The position numbers were made by a program, and so were the translations under genes. Positions 24,456 to 37,616 of a DNA stretch of 64,000 bases are shown one piece after another. The stretch lies in contig NC_073380.1 in NCBI RefSeq assembly GCF_028641065.1, positions 92,504,001 to 92,568,000 of the forward strand, in the 5' to 3' direction. Origin of the DNA: Leucoraja erinacea (Eukaryota). The notes below the pieces were generated by a model. That model was given only the letters and a program-made list of their open reading frames with translations, did not search any database and had not been told where the DNA came from. Positions within the stretch are counted from its first letter, which is position 1; each line of letters begins with the position of its first letter.

Positions 24456-25374
24456 GTAATCATTTTGCTATTCATCAAATTGAAATCAATAATGTATCAT
24501 TGGCTCTTTCATCCAAAACCCAGTCCCAAAGGATTTTTTATTTTTTGCTGCATACCAGGCATAGACTGATTGACTTTAGACTGGGACACTGCTCCCCTCT
24601 GGATCTCTGCGTGCACATATAACCTTGCAATTCTTTAACAAACATGCACATTCATGGGCCATAGGTTTTACACTAATCCTATTGAGGTATCAAATGAAGC
24701 TATTACAAAGGAAGAAACACCAATTAAATACAGGTTGGACTTAAAGAAATCAGGCTAACGTTCAGTTTAGGATATAAGATTTATCTTGGGGAGATCTGCA
24801 TTTTTGCTTGTGATATCAATATACAAGGACTTGACAGAAATATACTTTTCTTTCAAAGGAAAAAGCATATCAGAGCTTCTCACGTAATACATAAACTATA
24901 CAATTATAAAATAAAATGTATACTTTAACATGGAAAATTGAAGGTCAATGCTGTTGTCCTTTAATGATCTAAGTGGAAGACAGACTTAGTTATCTTCTGC
25001 TGGTATCATCAATTTGTTAAGCCTGCGTCTTGCATGTTGCAACATTGACTCAGCATGATGCTGAAAATATTCCACATTATGTGGAAGTGAGAATTTAAAA
25101 AAAGACTTTTGTATTTGTAGTGAAGCAGTAATGTAGGAACAGTTTCTCCACACCTCATGTATGAAAGAATTGTGCTAGATCTGTATATTTCAATCGGGAT
25201 GTCCTTTAGCGTGTGGTCACCTTTGCAAGATAAGAAACATAACAGCCAGTTTGCATGCAGCGAAGTCCCAGATAAAATTGAGTGATAATGCACTATAGTG
25301 GTGTTGGTTGAGGCAAAAGTATTGACAAGGATGCTGGGGCGATCTCACCTACTCTTTGCAAAACAGTGACTTGG

Positions 25375-26478
25375 GATCTTATCCTGCGTACTAGATCAGA
25401 TGACAGGCTCTTCAACCTCACCCACCTTGGAGCAAAGGCAAAAGTACGTGAAGCTCTCATCAGAGACATGTTGTTTGCCGATGATGCTGCAGGTGTGTCC
25501 CACACCCAGCAGGAACTACAGTCATTGATGGACCACTTCTATCGGGCATGCAAGGACTTCGGGCTGACCACCAGCCTGAAGAAGACAAACTTCTTGGGGC
25601 AGTATACAGAGGCACCGCCTGTCATCACCATCGACGACTACGGACTCGATGCCGTCCATCAGTTCACGTACCTCGGCTCCACCATCACCAACAACCTCTC
25701 CTTGGACACAGAGATTGATCAGAGGATCGGGAAGGCAGCTACAACTCCCGCTCGCCTCACAACTCGAGTGTGGACCAACCCAAAGCTGACAGTGAAGACA
25801 AAGATAGCAGTCTACAACGCCTGTGTCAACAGCACGCTGCTGTACGGCAGTGAGACATGGACTACATATGCTGGCAAGGAGAGAAGACTCAACACCTTCC
25901 ACCTGAGAAGCATCCGCCGTATCCTGGGCATATCCTGGCAAGACAGAGTGTCCAACGCCGAGATCCTGTCTCACGCTGGCCTTCCCAGTATGTACACTCT
26001 ACTCAGGCAGCGCAGACTGCGGTGGCTGGGCCATGTCCACCGCATGGAGGATGGCCGTATTCCACAAGACATCCTCTATGGAGAGCTGACATCTGGGAGG
26101 AGAACCATCGGCCACCTCCAGCTACGTTACAAGGATGTCTGCAAGAGAGATATGGCGGCGCTCGACATCGATGTGGAGTCCAGGGAGAGCCTTGCAGCTG
26201 ACCGCGCGAGGTGGAGAGGCACCCTGGACCAATATTGTGAAACGGGGGAAGAGAAACTGTTGAACGCAGCGGCAGACAAGCATGCACGCAGAAAGGAGCG
26301 CAGCAACTTCAACAAACCAGAGACCACACACACATGTGACCTTTGCCACAGAGACTGTCACTCCCGCATTGGTCTCTTCAGCCACAAGCGACGCTGCTCT
26401 AGCGAGGTTTGGAGCAAGCAGCCAACAACTAGGATGCATCACCCATGGTCAGTCATGACTGAGGGGGGCCTATATTAG
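25375..26478 (+). mobile_element. 5'-truncated RTE-clade LINE (RT C-terminal half + C2H2-like tail)
   Basis: open ORF of about 365 aa with MLFADD, FTYLGS, LLYGSETW, RLRWLGHVHRM and CDLC..IGLFSHKRRC. Confidence 0.95.
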
Positions 26479-26629
26479 ACATGTGCATTTATATATGTGT
26501 AAATATGCTCAAAATGGAAGTCATTATATTTGTCATATATTTGTACATATCACCAATATTGAACAAATATACGTTTGCCAAAGATGTTTTAGATGTTGTT
26601 AAATAATAATAATGGTCAATGCCACATAG

Positions 26630-26885
26630 TCATAAAGAGTTGCAGCAGGGAAACAGGCCCATTTACGTTATTCCTACAAGAATCCTTCATCCACATTCTC
26701 AACAACTCTCTCAGATTCCACCTTTACACGCGCACACTAGGTGCAACTAACCAAGAAACCTTCACGTTTTGGGATGCAGAAGGAAATCGGAGCATCCAGA
26801 GGAAACCCTTGCAGTCACAAGGAGAATGTGCAAACTCCACACAGGCAGAGGCTGGGATTGAACCTGAGCCTCTGGAAATGTGAGT
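26630..26885 (-). mobile_element. degenerate HE1-like SINE
   Basis: ggaaatcggagcatccagaggaaaccc..ggagaatgtgcaaactccacaca..gggattgaacc. Confidence 0.7.
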
Positions 26886-27061
26886 TTATGGCCACCGGAC
26901 CTTCCTTGCTTTATTCATGGGTGATTAATATGTTGGTCAGTTTCCAGTGGAAGCAGGATCACTGGATCATATGTTCATCCAATGGTGCATTTTTCCTTGT
27001 TTCCCACAATCATGTAATCATGTTACAATAACAATCATGTTATTTGTCAAAAGGTCCATTT

Positions 27062-27255
27062 GAATAATAATAATAATAGTAATAATTTTATTTATAGAGC
27101 ACTTTAAAAACAATCATAGTTGCAACAAAGTGCTGTACATCACTAATCATTGACAAAAAAGTTAATACACACCAATAATAACAATCAAAAGAAATAGTAG
27201 GAAAAGACATGTAAAATAAAGAAACATTAAAAACAATTAAAACAAATAAATACAT
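27062..27255 (-). mobile_element. L2-like 3' tail
   Basis: (aat)n + tttatttatagagcacttt..caaagtgctgtaca. Confidence 0.6.
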
Positions 27256-27884
27256 TTGAATTCCTCTCCCTCTTTTTAATTTGCGTTGTATCAATCCAAT
27301 CATTGTTTTTTCTTTGCTAATCAGGACAAAACCTACCTGAAGAAGGCAAAATCCCCCAATGACTAAATTCCCAACCTTCTACATTAGACCTATGCAAACA
27401 CAAAAGGTTGGGTTTGACACAACCAGCAATGACAGTGGGTCAAAGTCTGCTTCTGTTGCTTAGGGACCACATTCTACCATTCTTTTAGTCTTTCAATGAA
27501 AGTGGAAAGCCAATAGTTTTGTAAATAGAGATCTTGCTGACATTTCAGCAATAAAGATGATTAATAAATATCAGCTTTAACAACAATCCCCACACCTTGT
27601 GAATTAAAAGAGATTTACTTCCAGCAAAGGGAGCCAGTCGGTGATATGAGAGCACCCAGCCACTTGGTCATGGGTGGGTGCAGCCTCAACAACATTTAAG
27701 AAGCTCACCACCATACAGTACATGGCAGCCCACTTGACTGGCATGCCATTCCCTGTTCACTACTGACACAAAATAGCAGCAGTTTGTACCATCTACAAGT
27801 TGCACTGCAGCTACTCACCAAGACTCCTTAGACAGCATCATCCTCACCCACAACGTCTACCAGCCATAAAGACAAGTGCTGTAA

Positions 27885-28140
27885 AACATAGAAACATAAA
27901 AACATAGAAAATAGGTGCAGGAGTAGGCCATTCGGCCCTTCGAGCCTGCACCGCCATTCAATATGATCATGGCTGATCATCAAACTCAGTATCCTGTATC
28001 TACCTTCTCTCCATACCCCCTGATCCCTTCAGCCACAAGGGCCACATCTAACTCCCTCTTAAATATAGCCAATGAACTGGCCTCAACTACCTTCTGTGGC
28101 AGAGAATTCCACAGATTCACCACTCTCTGTGTGAAAAATG
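27885..28140 (-). mobile_element. CR1 (HER-type) 3' end inserted in an older LINE relic (about 27650-27880 and 29050-29265)
   Basis: aacatagaaa tail; near-identical to 53288-53540. Confidence 0.9.
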
Positions 28141-30664
28141 AAATTATGGGAAAGCCCACATTACAGGAGGTTTAGTGGAGGGTGCAGAAGAGACTCATCA
28201 GGGTGTTGCCAAGATTTTAAAAAGTATTAGTAATACAGAGACAAAATGATAAAAGGATATACAATTAGGAGAGGCGTAGATAGGGTCTTTCTTCTAGATA
28301 GAAATGTCAAATACTAAAGGTATGTGTGGGGCAAGGTCTTTACACAGAGAGTGGAAAGTGCATGGAAGGTACTTCCAGGGTTGGTAGTGGACGCAGACAC
28401 ATAGTGGCATTTAAGAGGTATTTGACCAGACACATGAACATGTAAGGAGTGGAGTCACGTGCCGGTAAATTGGGTTTGTCTAATTTGGAATCAGAATCAG
28501 AATCAGAATCAGCACAAGCATCGTGGGCCGAATGGCCTGTTCACGTGCTGTACCATTCATAGAAACATGTTTAGGTGAAAATCAGGCCTGGAAGTATGAT
28601 CATGGCTGATCAGCCACACAGTATGTCCTGACCTGCCTTCTAGTTCCATAACCCCTGAACCGCTGCCGAAGGGCCAATCTAACTAAAATATAGCCAATGA
28701 ACATAGAAACTGCCCTAGGTGCAGGAGTAGGCCCAGAGATTCCCACTCTCTGTTCGAGCCTGCACCGCCATTCAATATGATCATGGCTGATCATCCAACT
28801 CAGTATCCCCTACCTGCCTTCTCTCCACCCCCCCTGGACCCCCCTAGCTTCACAACAATCCCTGCATCTAGCCTCCCTCTTAAGAATTTTGTAAATGAAC
28901 TGGCCTCAACTACCTTCTAAATTGGCAGAGAGTTCCCAGAGATTCACCACTCTCTGTCGTGACATCCCAGGAATCAGTCTGGTGAACCGTCTCTGCACTC
29001 CCTCTAATGGCAATAATTTCCCTTCCTCAGATTCAATGTTCTATGAACATAACCGCCTGGAAGTTGCCCTGTAAGCCACACATTGTCCTGACTTGGAAAT
29101 CTATTTCCATTCCTTCAACCGTTGCTGAGTGAACTATGGGTAAACCACCACCTCAAGGACTGCGGTTGCTCAAGCAGGCGGCTCACTGCCACCTTCTCAA
29201 GGACAATTAGGGATAGGCAATTAGATACAGTCTCAGCCTCTGAAGCCCACATCAAGTTGAATGATTTAAAAAAAAATCTTTTTTCAGTGATGCTGGGGAT
29301 GAAAGGATAAGTATTGGGGCCTGGAAATTAGGGAATTTTCTACGCATGGGATCTTCTCCGTACACTTGAGGGCGTAGGGGACACCCCAGCCTGGAGAACC
29401 TTTGACAGCGCGCACTCCCTCAGGATTGCATTGGAAGGGGGAGGGTGTCAAAGTTGACTCGGGTCTGTGAGCATGGTGCATTGCGAATCCTCCCTACACA
29501 CAAGTGGCTGACTCAACATTACTATTTTTAAGTTTTAGTTCCTTCAGGATGTTTTCTATCACGGCAACACTATTAATTTACTCAGTAACAGCAGGCTAAG
29601 CAAAATAGTGAAATGCTCTACCACATAACCTTGCGTCAGGCAAAGCGGATTCAGCGGTGAAGATGTAACCTCTTCCTCACTGCACCACTTGAAGGACTGA
29701 GGCTACCTCTTTTAATCAGAGCTCCTTTTTGAGAGCCCTTTTTCAAACTTAAAGTATCAACAAAGGGCAAATCAGATGAAGGAAAGTGAAGTAACAAAAA
29801 AAACTGCTGGAATCAGTCAGCACCTTGCCTTGTCTTATTTCCTGCTGACTACCTGAAGGGTAAATGATGCGTTATGGAGTGAGCAGTGCACACAGTGCCC
29901 GCCTTGTCACAGAGTTGGTTCGGTGCAGTCAGCATCACTGAGCAACCCATTGTTACATTAAACATCATTACAGCTTTCAAGGAAGCGTGACCATTTCCCT
30001 CTCTTCTAGAACACAGGGCTTACTGCTGTAGGCAGGGTTGGCTAATGATTATTCCTGCTTTGGCTGCTACCAGTGGCTCTTATCTTATGATTTATGGAAA
30101 AGGAAACATTAGACCAGAATAATGACTGTAAAGTTGAGCAAAGACTAATGTGTCTCTGTAACCGGACAAATCAAATAGCTGGGCAGGTGCTTGACATGTT
30201 TAAATGTGTGTCAAAGCTGCCAAATGAGTTCATTTTTGTAATGATGATAAACTTTATGTTTTAGCAATGTCAATTGACATTGTGATCCTTCTGAAGCACA
30301 AGTGAGTGTGGCAGGCTCGGGAATAAATTAGATGTGTGCATCTTGATTGTGGATCTCTCCAGCTCAGAGAAATCATCTAAATTTTAAATCTATCTATTTC
30401 TGTTGCAACTTGCCACACATTAAACTTTGTGAATGCAACTGGAATGATAAACATTCAAGTTTACAGGGAACTATCTGTGGTGGAATGGAGTCTATGTTAT
30501 GTTGATCTTAGAGCTGGCTGTAAAATTGCACCATTTACCTACAGGCAATAACATAGGCAAAGCCACATGAATGAAGAATCAGGGTAAGTGCAAGTCCACA
30601 TGCTGTCAGCTAATGCAGTGACTATTTAAATAGAATTTGAATGTGTATGCTGTCCCAGAACTGT

Positions 30665-31375
30665 TTAGTTTAGTTTATTGTCACGTGTACTGGGGAGCAG
30701 TGAAAAGCTTTTGTTGCATGCTAACCAGTCAGCGGCAAGACTATGCATGATTACAATTAAGCCGTCCATAGTGTACTAATACAGAATAAAGAAAATAATG
30801 TTTTGTGCAAGGTAAAGTCCAGTAAAGTCCAATTAAAGATAGTCTGAGGGTCTCCAATGAGGTAGATGGTAGGTCAAGACTGCTCTCTTAGTTGGTGATA
30901 GGATGGTGCAGTTGCCTGATAACAGCGGGGAAGAAACTGTCCCTGAATCTGGACGTGTGCATTTTCACACTTCTGTTGCTCAAGGGCCTGTCCCACGAGC
31001 ATGCAACTCCATGCGGCAAGTACGACCTAAAGGGCTGGTCCCGCCAGCATGCGCCTGCATGCGGCAAGCGCGACCAAAACAGAAGCGGTCGAGTGAGTGA
31101 CACCGTGTCGAGGCGGCTGCGGGCCGGCAGGCCGTTGCCGCGATGAGATTTTTAAACACGGTCAGTTTTTCGAAGCCCTGCTCGATGTCAGGACCAGCTA
31201 CGCACAACTCCATACGGCTCCGGCGATCGAAATGGGACCGGCCCCACGAGGCCGTACGCCTCAAGCAACTACTTTAGGTCACGCTTGCCGCATGGAGTCG
31301 CATGCTCATGGGACAGGCCCTTCATGCCTGATGGGAGAGGGGAGAAGTGGGAAACCTAACTGGCGGGGGACTCAT
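30665..31375 (-). mobile_element. Rex1/Babar-type 3' fragment, host of MITE copy 2
   Basis: (tttag)n + tttattgtcac tail; HTSRFRDSFFPAVIRQL; resumes as tgcctgatgggagagg after the MITE. Confidence 0.75.
30983..31321. mobile_element. PIF/Harbinger-type MITE, copy 2
   Basis: TIR agggcctgtccca.gagcatgc / gcatgctc.tgggacaggccct; 3-bp TSD TCA (30980-82 and 31322-24). Confidence 0.88.
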
Positions 31376-31394
31376 CGATGATCTAGCCAGGTCA

Positions 31395-31910
31395 CTCGAT
31401 AACAAGGGTCAGTGACCTGATTATATTAGACTTCAGGAAGGCTTTAGATAAGCAGCTCCTGTACAAGCTCAACCATGTAGGGATAGACGGCAACCGCTTA
31501 AAATGCAATGAGATCTTTTTGACAAGGAGACACCAGCGAGTTCTCTTGGAGGGAGAGACGTCTATTGAAACTTCTGTGGCATCAGGTGTACCACAGGGGA
31601 CTGTCATGGGTCCATTGCTCTTCCTACTGTATATCAATGGCATTCCAAATGCAGTTTTGTCCAGAGTCCGACTCTTCGCAGATGATGCCATCATTTATAG
31701 AGAGATTAAAACACCAGAAGACAGCTTGTCCTTACAGAAGGATCTGGATCCTCTCTGTGAGTGGGGACAAACCCTGGCAGATGTCATTCAATACCACCAG
31801 ATGTCATACCATGCATGTCTCACACAAGATTAAACCACTTTTATCGGAATACAACATGGGTAGCCATACATTGCTTGCTGTCGATCATCACCCATATCTA
31901 GGAGTTTAAT
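31395..31910 (+). mobile_element. invertebrate-like CR1-group LINE RT, part 1 (frameshifted)
   Basis: SGVPQGTVMGPLLFLLYIN, RLFADD, LQKDLD, WQMSFN, YLGV. Confidence 0.88.
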
Positions 31911-31911
31911 T

Positions 31912-34900
31912 AACATAGAAACATAGAAAATAGGTGCAGGTGTAGGCCATTCGGCCCTTCGAGCCTGCACCGCCACTCAATATGATCATGGCTGATCATC
32001 CAACTCAGTATCCTATACCTGCCTTCTCTCCATACCCCCTGATCCCTTTAGCCACAAGGGCCACATCTCCCTCTTAAATATAGCCAATGAACTGGCCTCA
32101 ACTACCTTCTGTGGCAGAGAATTCCAGAGATTCACCACTCTCTGTGTGAAAAATGTTTTCCTCATCTCGGTCCAAAAAGATTTCCCCCTTATCCTTAAAC
32201 TGTGACCCCTTGTTCTGGACTTCCCCAACATCGGGAACAATCTTCCTGCATCAAGCCTGTCCAACCCTTTAAGAATTTTGTAAGTTTCTATAAGATCCCC
32301 CCTCAATCTTCTAAATTCTAGCGAGTATAAACCGAGTCTATCCAGTCTTTCTTCATATGAAAGTCCTGACATCCCATGAATCAGTCTGGTGAACCTTCTC
32401 TGTACTCCCTCTATGGCAAGAATGTCCTTCCTCAGATTAGGAGACCAAATCTGTACGCAATACTCCAGGTGTGGTCTCACCAAGACCCTGTACAACTGCA
32501 GTAGAACCTCCCTGCTCCTATACTCAAATCCTTTTGCTATGAATGCTAACATACCATTCGTCTTCTTCACTGCCTGCTGCACCTGCATGCCTACTTTTAA
32601 TGACTGGTGTACCATGACACCCAGGTCTCGCTGCATCTCCACTTTTCCTAATCAGCCACCATTCAGATAATAGTCTACTTTCCCGTTTTTGCCACCAAAA
32701 TGGATAACCTCACATTTATCCACATTATACTGCATCTGCCAAGAATGGAACCTAATACTGAAATGATTATATTTGGTGTAATGGAAGATGGGAATAAATT
32801 GAACACATCTCAAAATTTATTCCTTAACTATGGTTTAATAATAGCAAAAAAATTAATACTTAAATTTTGGAAGGGTACATCAATACCAACGCTTAAAATG
32901 TGGATTGCAAGTATGTTGGACACCGCTCATCTCGAGGAAATGCGATTCCTCCTAATGGATAAACCAGACCAATTCATAACGAGTTGGTCTCCATTCATCG
33001 TTTTTTTGGAATCATATGGTACAACACAATTGTAAAAAATAACTGTTTCAGGACTGGACGAGGGTTGGTCAAGATTATAAATAATGATCTCCTTTTTTTT
33101 CACTATTTTCTCTCTCAACTTTCTTCATTTACTTGTTTTCTTTCTTCACACACTATATATTTCACATCTTTCTATCCTTTACTATCTAACTTCTTTTTCT
33201 TATGCTCATCTTTTTTCAATATAACAAAAAAAAAAAAGAAGTTGTACATAAAATGTATTATGAAAATATATATTAGGCACTTTGGTGCCATATGACTGTG
33301 CTTACTTCTAATAAAATTAAAATAAATAAATAAATAAATAAATAAAATATATATATACTGCATCTGCCATACATTTGCCCACTCACCCAGCCTATCCAAG
33401 TCACCTTGCAGTCTCCTAGCATCCTCCTCACAGCTAACACTGCCCCCCAGGTTTGTGTCGTCCGCAAATTTGGAGATGTTGTGTTCAATTTCCTCGTCCA
33501 AATCATTAATATATATCGTAAATAGCTGGGGTCCCAGCATTGAGCCTTGCGGTACCCCACTAGTCACTGCCCGCCATTGTGAAAAGGACCCGTTTACTCC
33601 TACTCTTTGCTTCCTGTTTGCCAGCCAGTTCTCTATCCACATCAATACTGAACCCCCAATGCCGTGTGTTTTAAGTTTGTATACTAATCTTTTATGTGGG
33701 ACCTTGTCGAAAGCCTTCTGAAAGTCCAGATACACCACATCCACTGGTTCTCCTTTATCCACTCTACTAGTTTCATCCTCGAAAAATTCTATAAGATTCG
33801 TCACACATAATTTACCTTTCGTAAATCCATGCTGACTTTGTCCAATGATTTCACCACTTTCCAAATGTGCTGCAATCCCATCTTTAATAACTGATTCTAG
33901 CAGTTTCCCCACTACCGACGTTAGACTAACTGGTCTGTAATTCCCCGTTTTCTCTCTCCCTCCCTTTTTAAAAAGTGGGGTTACATTAGCTACCCTCCAA
34001 TCCTCAGGAACTACTCCAGAATCTAAAGAGTTTTGAAAAATTATCACTAATGCATCCACTATTTCTGGGGCTACTTCCTTAAATACTCTGGGATGCAGGC
34101 TATCTGGCCCTGGGGATTTATCGGCCTTTAATCCATTCAATTTACCTAACACCACTTCCCAGCTAATCTGGATTTCACTCAGTTCCTCCATCTCATTTGA
34201 CCCCCGGTCCCCTGCTATTTCCGGCAGATTATTTATGTCTTCCTTAGTGAAGACAGAACCAAAGTAGTTATTCAATTGGTCTGCCATGTCCTTGTTCCCT
34301 ATGATCAATTTACCTGTTTCTGACTGCAAGGACCTACATTTGTTTTAACTAATCTTTTTCTCTTCACATATCTATAAAAGCTTTTGCAGTCAGTTTTTAT
34401 GTTCCGTGACAGTTTTCTTTCATAATCTATTTTCCCTTTCCTAATTTAACCCTTTGTCCTCCTATGCTGGACTGAATTTCTCCCAGTTCTCTGGTTGGCT
34501 GCTTTTTCTGGCTTATTTGTACGCTTCATCTTTTGTTTGATACTATCCCTGATTTCCCACGGATGCACTACCTTCCCTGATTTTTTTTTGTCAAATTGGG
34601 ATGAACAATTTTTGTAGTTCATCCATGCAGTCTTTAAATGCCTTCCATTGCATATCCACCGTCAACCCATTAAGAATCAATTGCCAGTCTAGCTTGGCCA
34701 ATTCACATCTCATACCCTCAAAGTTACCTTTCTTTAAGTTCAGAACCCTTGTTTCTGAATTAACAATGTCACTCTCCATCCTAATGAAGAACTCAACCAT
34801 ATTATGGTCACTTTTGCCCAAGGGGCCACGCACAACAAGACTGCTAACTAACCCTTCCTCATTACTCAATACCCAATCTAGAATAGCCTGCTCTCTCGTT

Positions 34901-35480
34901 GGTTCCTCTACATGTTGGTTTAGAAAACTATCCCGCATACATTCCAAGAAATCCTCTTCCTCAGCACCCTTGCCAATTTGATTCACCCAATCTATATGTA
35001 GATTGAAGTCACCCATTATAACTGTTTTACCTTTGTTGCACACATTTCTAATTTCCTGTTTGATGCCATCCCCAACTCCGCTACTACTGTTAGGTGGCCT
35101 GTACACAACTCCCACTAGCGTTTTCTGCCCCTTAGTGTTTCGCAGCTCTACCCATATCGATTCCACATCCTCCAAGCTAATGTCCTTCCTTTCCATTGCG
35201 TTAATCCCCTCTCTAATCAGTAACGCTACCCCATCTCCTTTTCCTTTCTCTCTATCCCTCCTGAATATTGAATATCCCTGGATGTCAGCTCCCAGCCTTG
35301 GTCACCCTGGAGCCATGTCTCCGTGATCCCAACTATATCATAGTCATTAATAGCTATCTGCACATTCAACTCATCCACCTTATCACGACTCATCCACCTT
35401 ATCAATGCTCCTTGCATTGAGACACAAAGCCTTCAGGCTTGTATTTACAACACTTTAATCCTTACACAATTATGTTGAAA
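31912..35480 (-). mobile_element. near-complete CR1 (HER-type) ORF2 (APE endonuclease + RT), frameshifted
   Basis: APE: VGVVYRPP, IMGDFN, LGKSDH (34591-35196); RT: [32 protein letters not shown] (33370-34329); C-terminus and tail at 31912-32725. Confidence 0.96.
32742..33353 (+). mobile_element. 5'-truncated L1-clade element nested in CR1
   Basis: AKKLILKFWK..P....W....LEEMRF....F...WSPF C-terminus; AATAAA + (AAAT)n tail; 16-bp TSD tatactgcatctgcca (32726-41 and 33354-69). Confidence 0.9.
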
Positions 35481-35494
35481 AGTGGCCCTATCAT

Positions 35495-36105
35495 TATTAA
35501 GCAAAGATTTAAGTTGGGCAACGCATATTAGTCAAGTGTCTAACAAAGCAAATAGAACTCTCGGCCTACTCAAAAGAAATTTTCACTCATGTAGTACATC
35601 CGTCAAAGAGAATGCTGACAATTCCTTGGTCAGGCCCAAATTGGAGTATTGTGGAGCCGTATGTGATCCTTTCAACAACAACAACAAGATCACCCTGGAG
35701 AAAGTACAACGGCGAGCAGCCCGCTTTGTATGTCATTACTACAAGCGCAAATCAAGCGTGAATAATATGCTGACTTCTCTCGGATGGGATACCCTAGAGC
35801 TCCGCAGAATCAGGCTACGATTTATTGCAATTTACAAGGAGATTCACAAAATCACACCATCCACTCTCCCGTCACCCCAGAGCACCAAGTGCCATGAGAC
35901 AAGACAAAATAACGGTCCCTACATCATCAACTGGCTAAATGTCAATAATCTTTGCTACCAATATTCCCTTTCCCCAAGGACGATAAGGGAATGGAATAAG
36001 TTACCACCCAACACACGTGCTGCTCCCAATGTTAAGTCATTTAAAAAGGGGATTGAGCAACTAGATCTCCTCAACTTGGTCAAACAGGCCCACTTCAAAA
36101 TGTAA
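35495..36105 (+). mobile_element. invertebrate-like CR1-group LINE, part 2
   Basis: LSKDLSWATHI..KANRTLGLLKRN..LVRPKLEY..LEKVQRRAARFV..PRTIREWNKLP, continuing part 1 after YLGV. Confidence 0.88.
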
Positions 36106-36169
36106 TCACTGCTCTACTCACTCTGACCTGTGCGAGATAATCACTGATGAGGCGTTTGCGCAGTAATTA

Positions 36170-36360
36170 ACCAGAAGGTAGTGACCAGGGTGCACCTTGT
36201 CCTTGATTATGCTGAGGTGATGTGTAAATTGAGTCAATGGAAGGCTGGTTTGTGTGATGGTCTGGGCTGCATACATAATTCTCTGAAATTTCTTGCAGTC
36301 TTGGATGGAGCTGTTCCCAAACCATACTGGTACGTACACCCATAAAATGCTTTCTGCTAC
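36170..36360 (-). mobile_element. degenerate Rex1/Babar fragment
   Basis: VWFGNSSIQDCKKFQRIMYAAQTITQTSLP..IIKDKVHPGH. Confidence 0.7.
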
Positions 36361-36647
36361 TATTATCCACTACAATCATTCCTCATTTACTTGTGTATGA
36401 TTGTGCGCATGTATGGTATGGTCTCTCTGGATAACACACAAAATCGTTGCACACTATATCGTTACTTTAATTTCGTGTTTCATGTATTTTGGGTTTTGCG
36501 TACTCCATGTTTTTATGACTGTCGGCAGATCAATTTCCCTCCTGGAATAAATAAAGTTCTATCATATCATATTGTATCATGTCGTATCGTATAAATTGTT
36601 AAATGTGGGAATGTGGAGACATTAATGAAATTGCTTTTAAAGCGGTT

Positions 36648-37068
36648 AATGATCTGGATGAGGGAATTGAATGCAACATCTCACAGTTTAAGGATAAAGG
36701 GGAAATCTTTTAGAACCGAGATGAGAAAATCATTCCCGATTTTGGGGAAGTCCAGAACTAGGGGTCACAGTTTAAGGATAAGATGGAAGTCTTTTAGGAC
36801 CGAGATGAGAAAAACATTTTTCACACAGAGAGTGGTGAACCTGTGGAATTCTCTGCCACAGAAGGTAGTTGAGGCCAGTTCATTGGCTATATTTAAGAGG
36901 GAGTTAGATGTGGCCCTTGTGGCTAAAGGGATCAGGGGGTATGGAGAGAAGGCAGGTACAGGATACTGAGTTGGATGATCAGCCATGATTATATTGAATG
37001 GCGGTGCAGGTTCGAAGGGCTGAATAGCCTACTCCTGCACCTATTTTCTATGTTTTTATGTTTCTATG
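36648..37068 (+). mobile_element. rearranged CR1 3' end
   Basis: short RT piece (gatctggatgagggaattgaatgcaacatctc), duplicated cacagtttaaggata..gaccgagatgagaaaa, then 3' UTR. Confidence 0.88.
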
Positions 37069-37481
37069 TTAATGCGTTACCAGGTCAAGGTGTACTCAAC
37101 CATGGTCTATTCAGCATTGCCACTTCATTGTGCGTCTAACCAGGTTCTGTTTGTGATTACAACGTCAAGTTGTGCTTAAATAGGATGCTTTCAAGGTTAC
37201 CAGGTCAAGGTGTGCTTAACAGGATTTGGTTTACGATTAAATAGGCATCTGTCTGATAGGTACAGTAGTTGAACTGTGATGCGCTTTTGTTATAATAACT
37301 TTTAGTTGTTTCAAGTGCTTGATTCAGTGTTTTTACTGAAACTAGACTGGGGGGAAGCTTAAAAACAAGCAATTTACACCTGCACACCTTTCAAATGTGA
37401 GAGGAAACTGGAGCATCCAGAGAAAACCCACACAAAACATACAAACCCCGTATGGCCAGCACCCCTAGTCAAGATTGAAAT

Positions 37482-37616
37482 CCCTTCCTCATTACTCAAT
37501 ACCCAGTCTAGAATAGCCTGCTCTCTCGTTGATTCCTTGACATGTTGGTTTAGAAAACTATCCCGCATACATTCCTAGAAATCCTCTTCCTCAGCACCCC
37601 TGCCAATTTGATTCAC
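37482..37616 (-). mobile_element. isolated CR1 endonuclease-region fragment
   Basis: closely similar to 34852-34987 (RDSFLNQHV.E.TREQAILDWVLSNEEG). Confidence 0.85.

Noticed and set aside
28560-29035. Apparently novel mosaic CR1
   Set aside because: It reads as two offset copies of the same CR1 3' end interleaved every 10-30 bp, most simply a consensus or polishing artefact; raw reads are needed.
32700-33035. 111-aa ORF as a host gene
   Set aside because: It is an L1 ORF2 C-terminus bounded by a TSD; its first residues come from antisense CR1.
37077-37225. Duplicated ttaccaggtcaaggtgt 120 bp apart
   Set aside because: A degenerate local tandem repeat with no functional indication.
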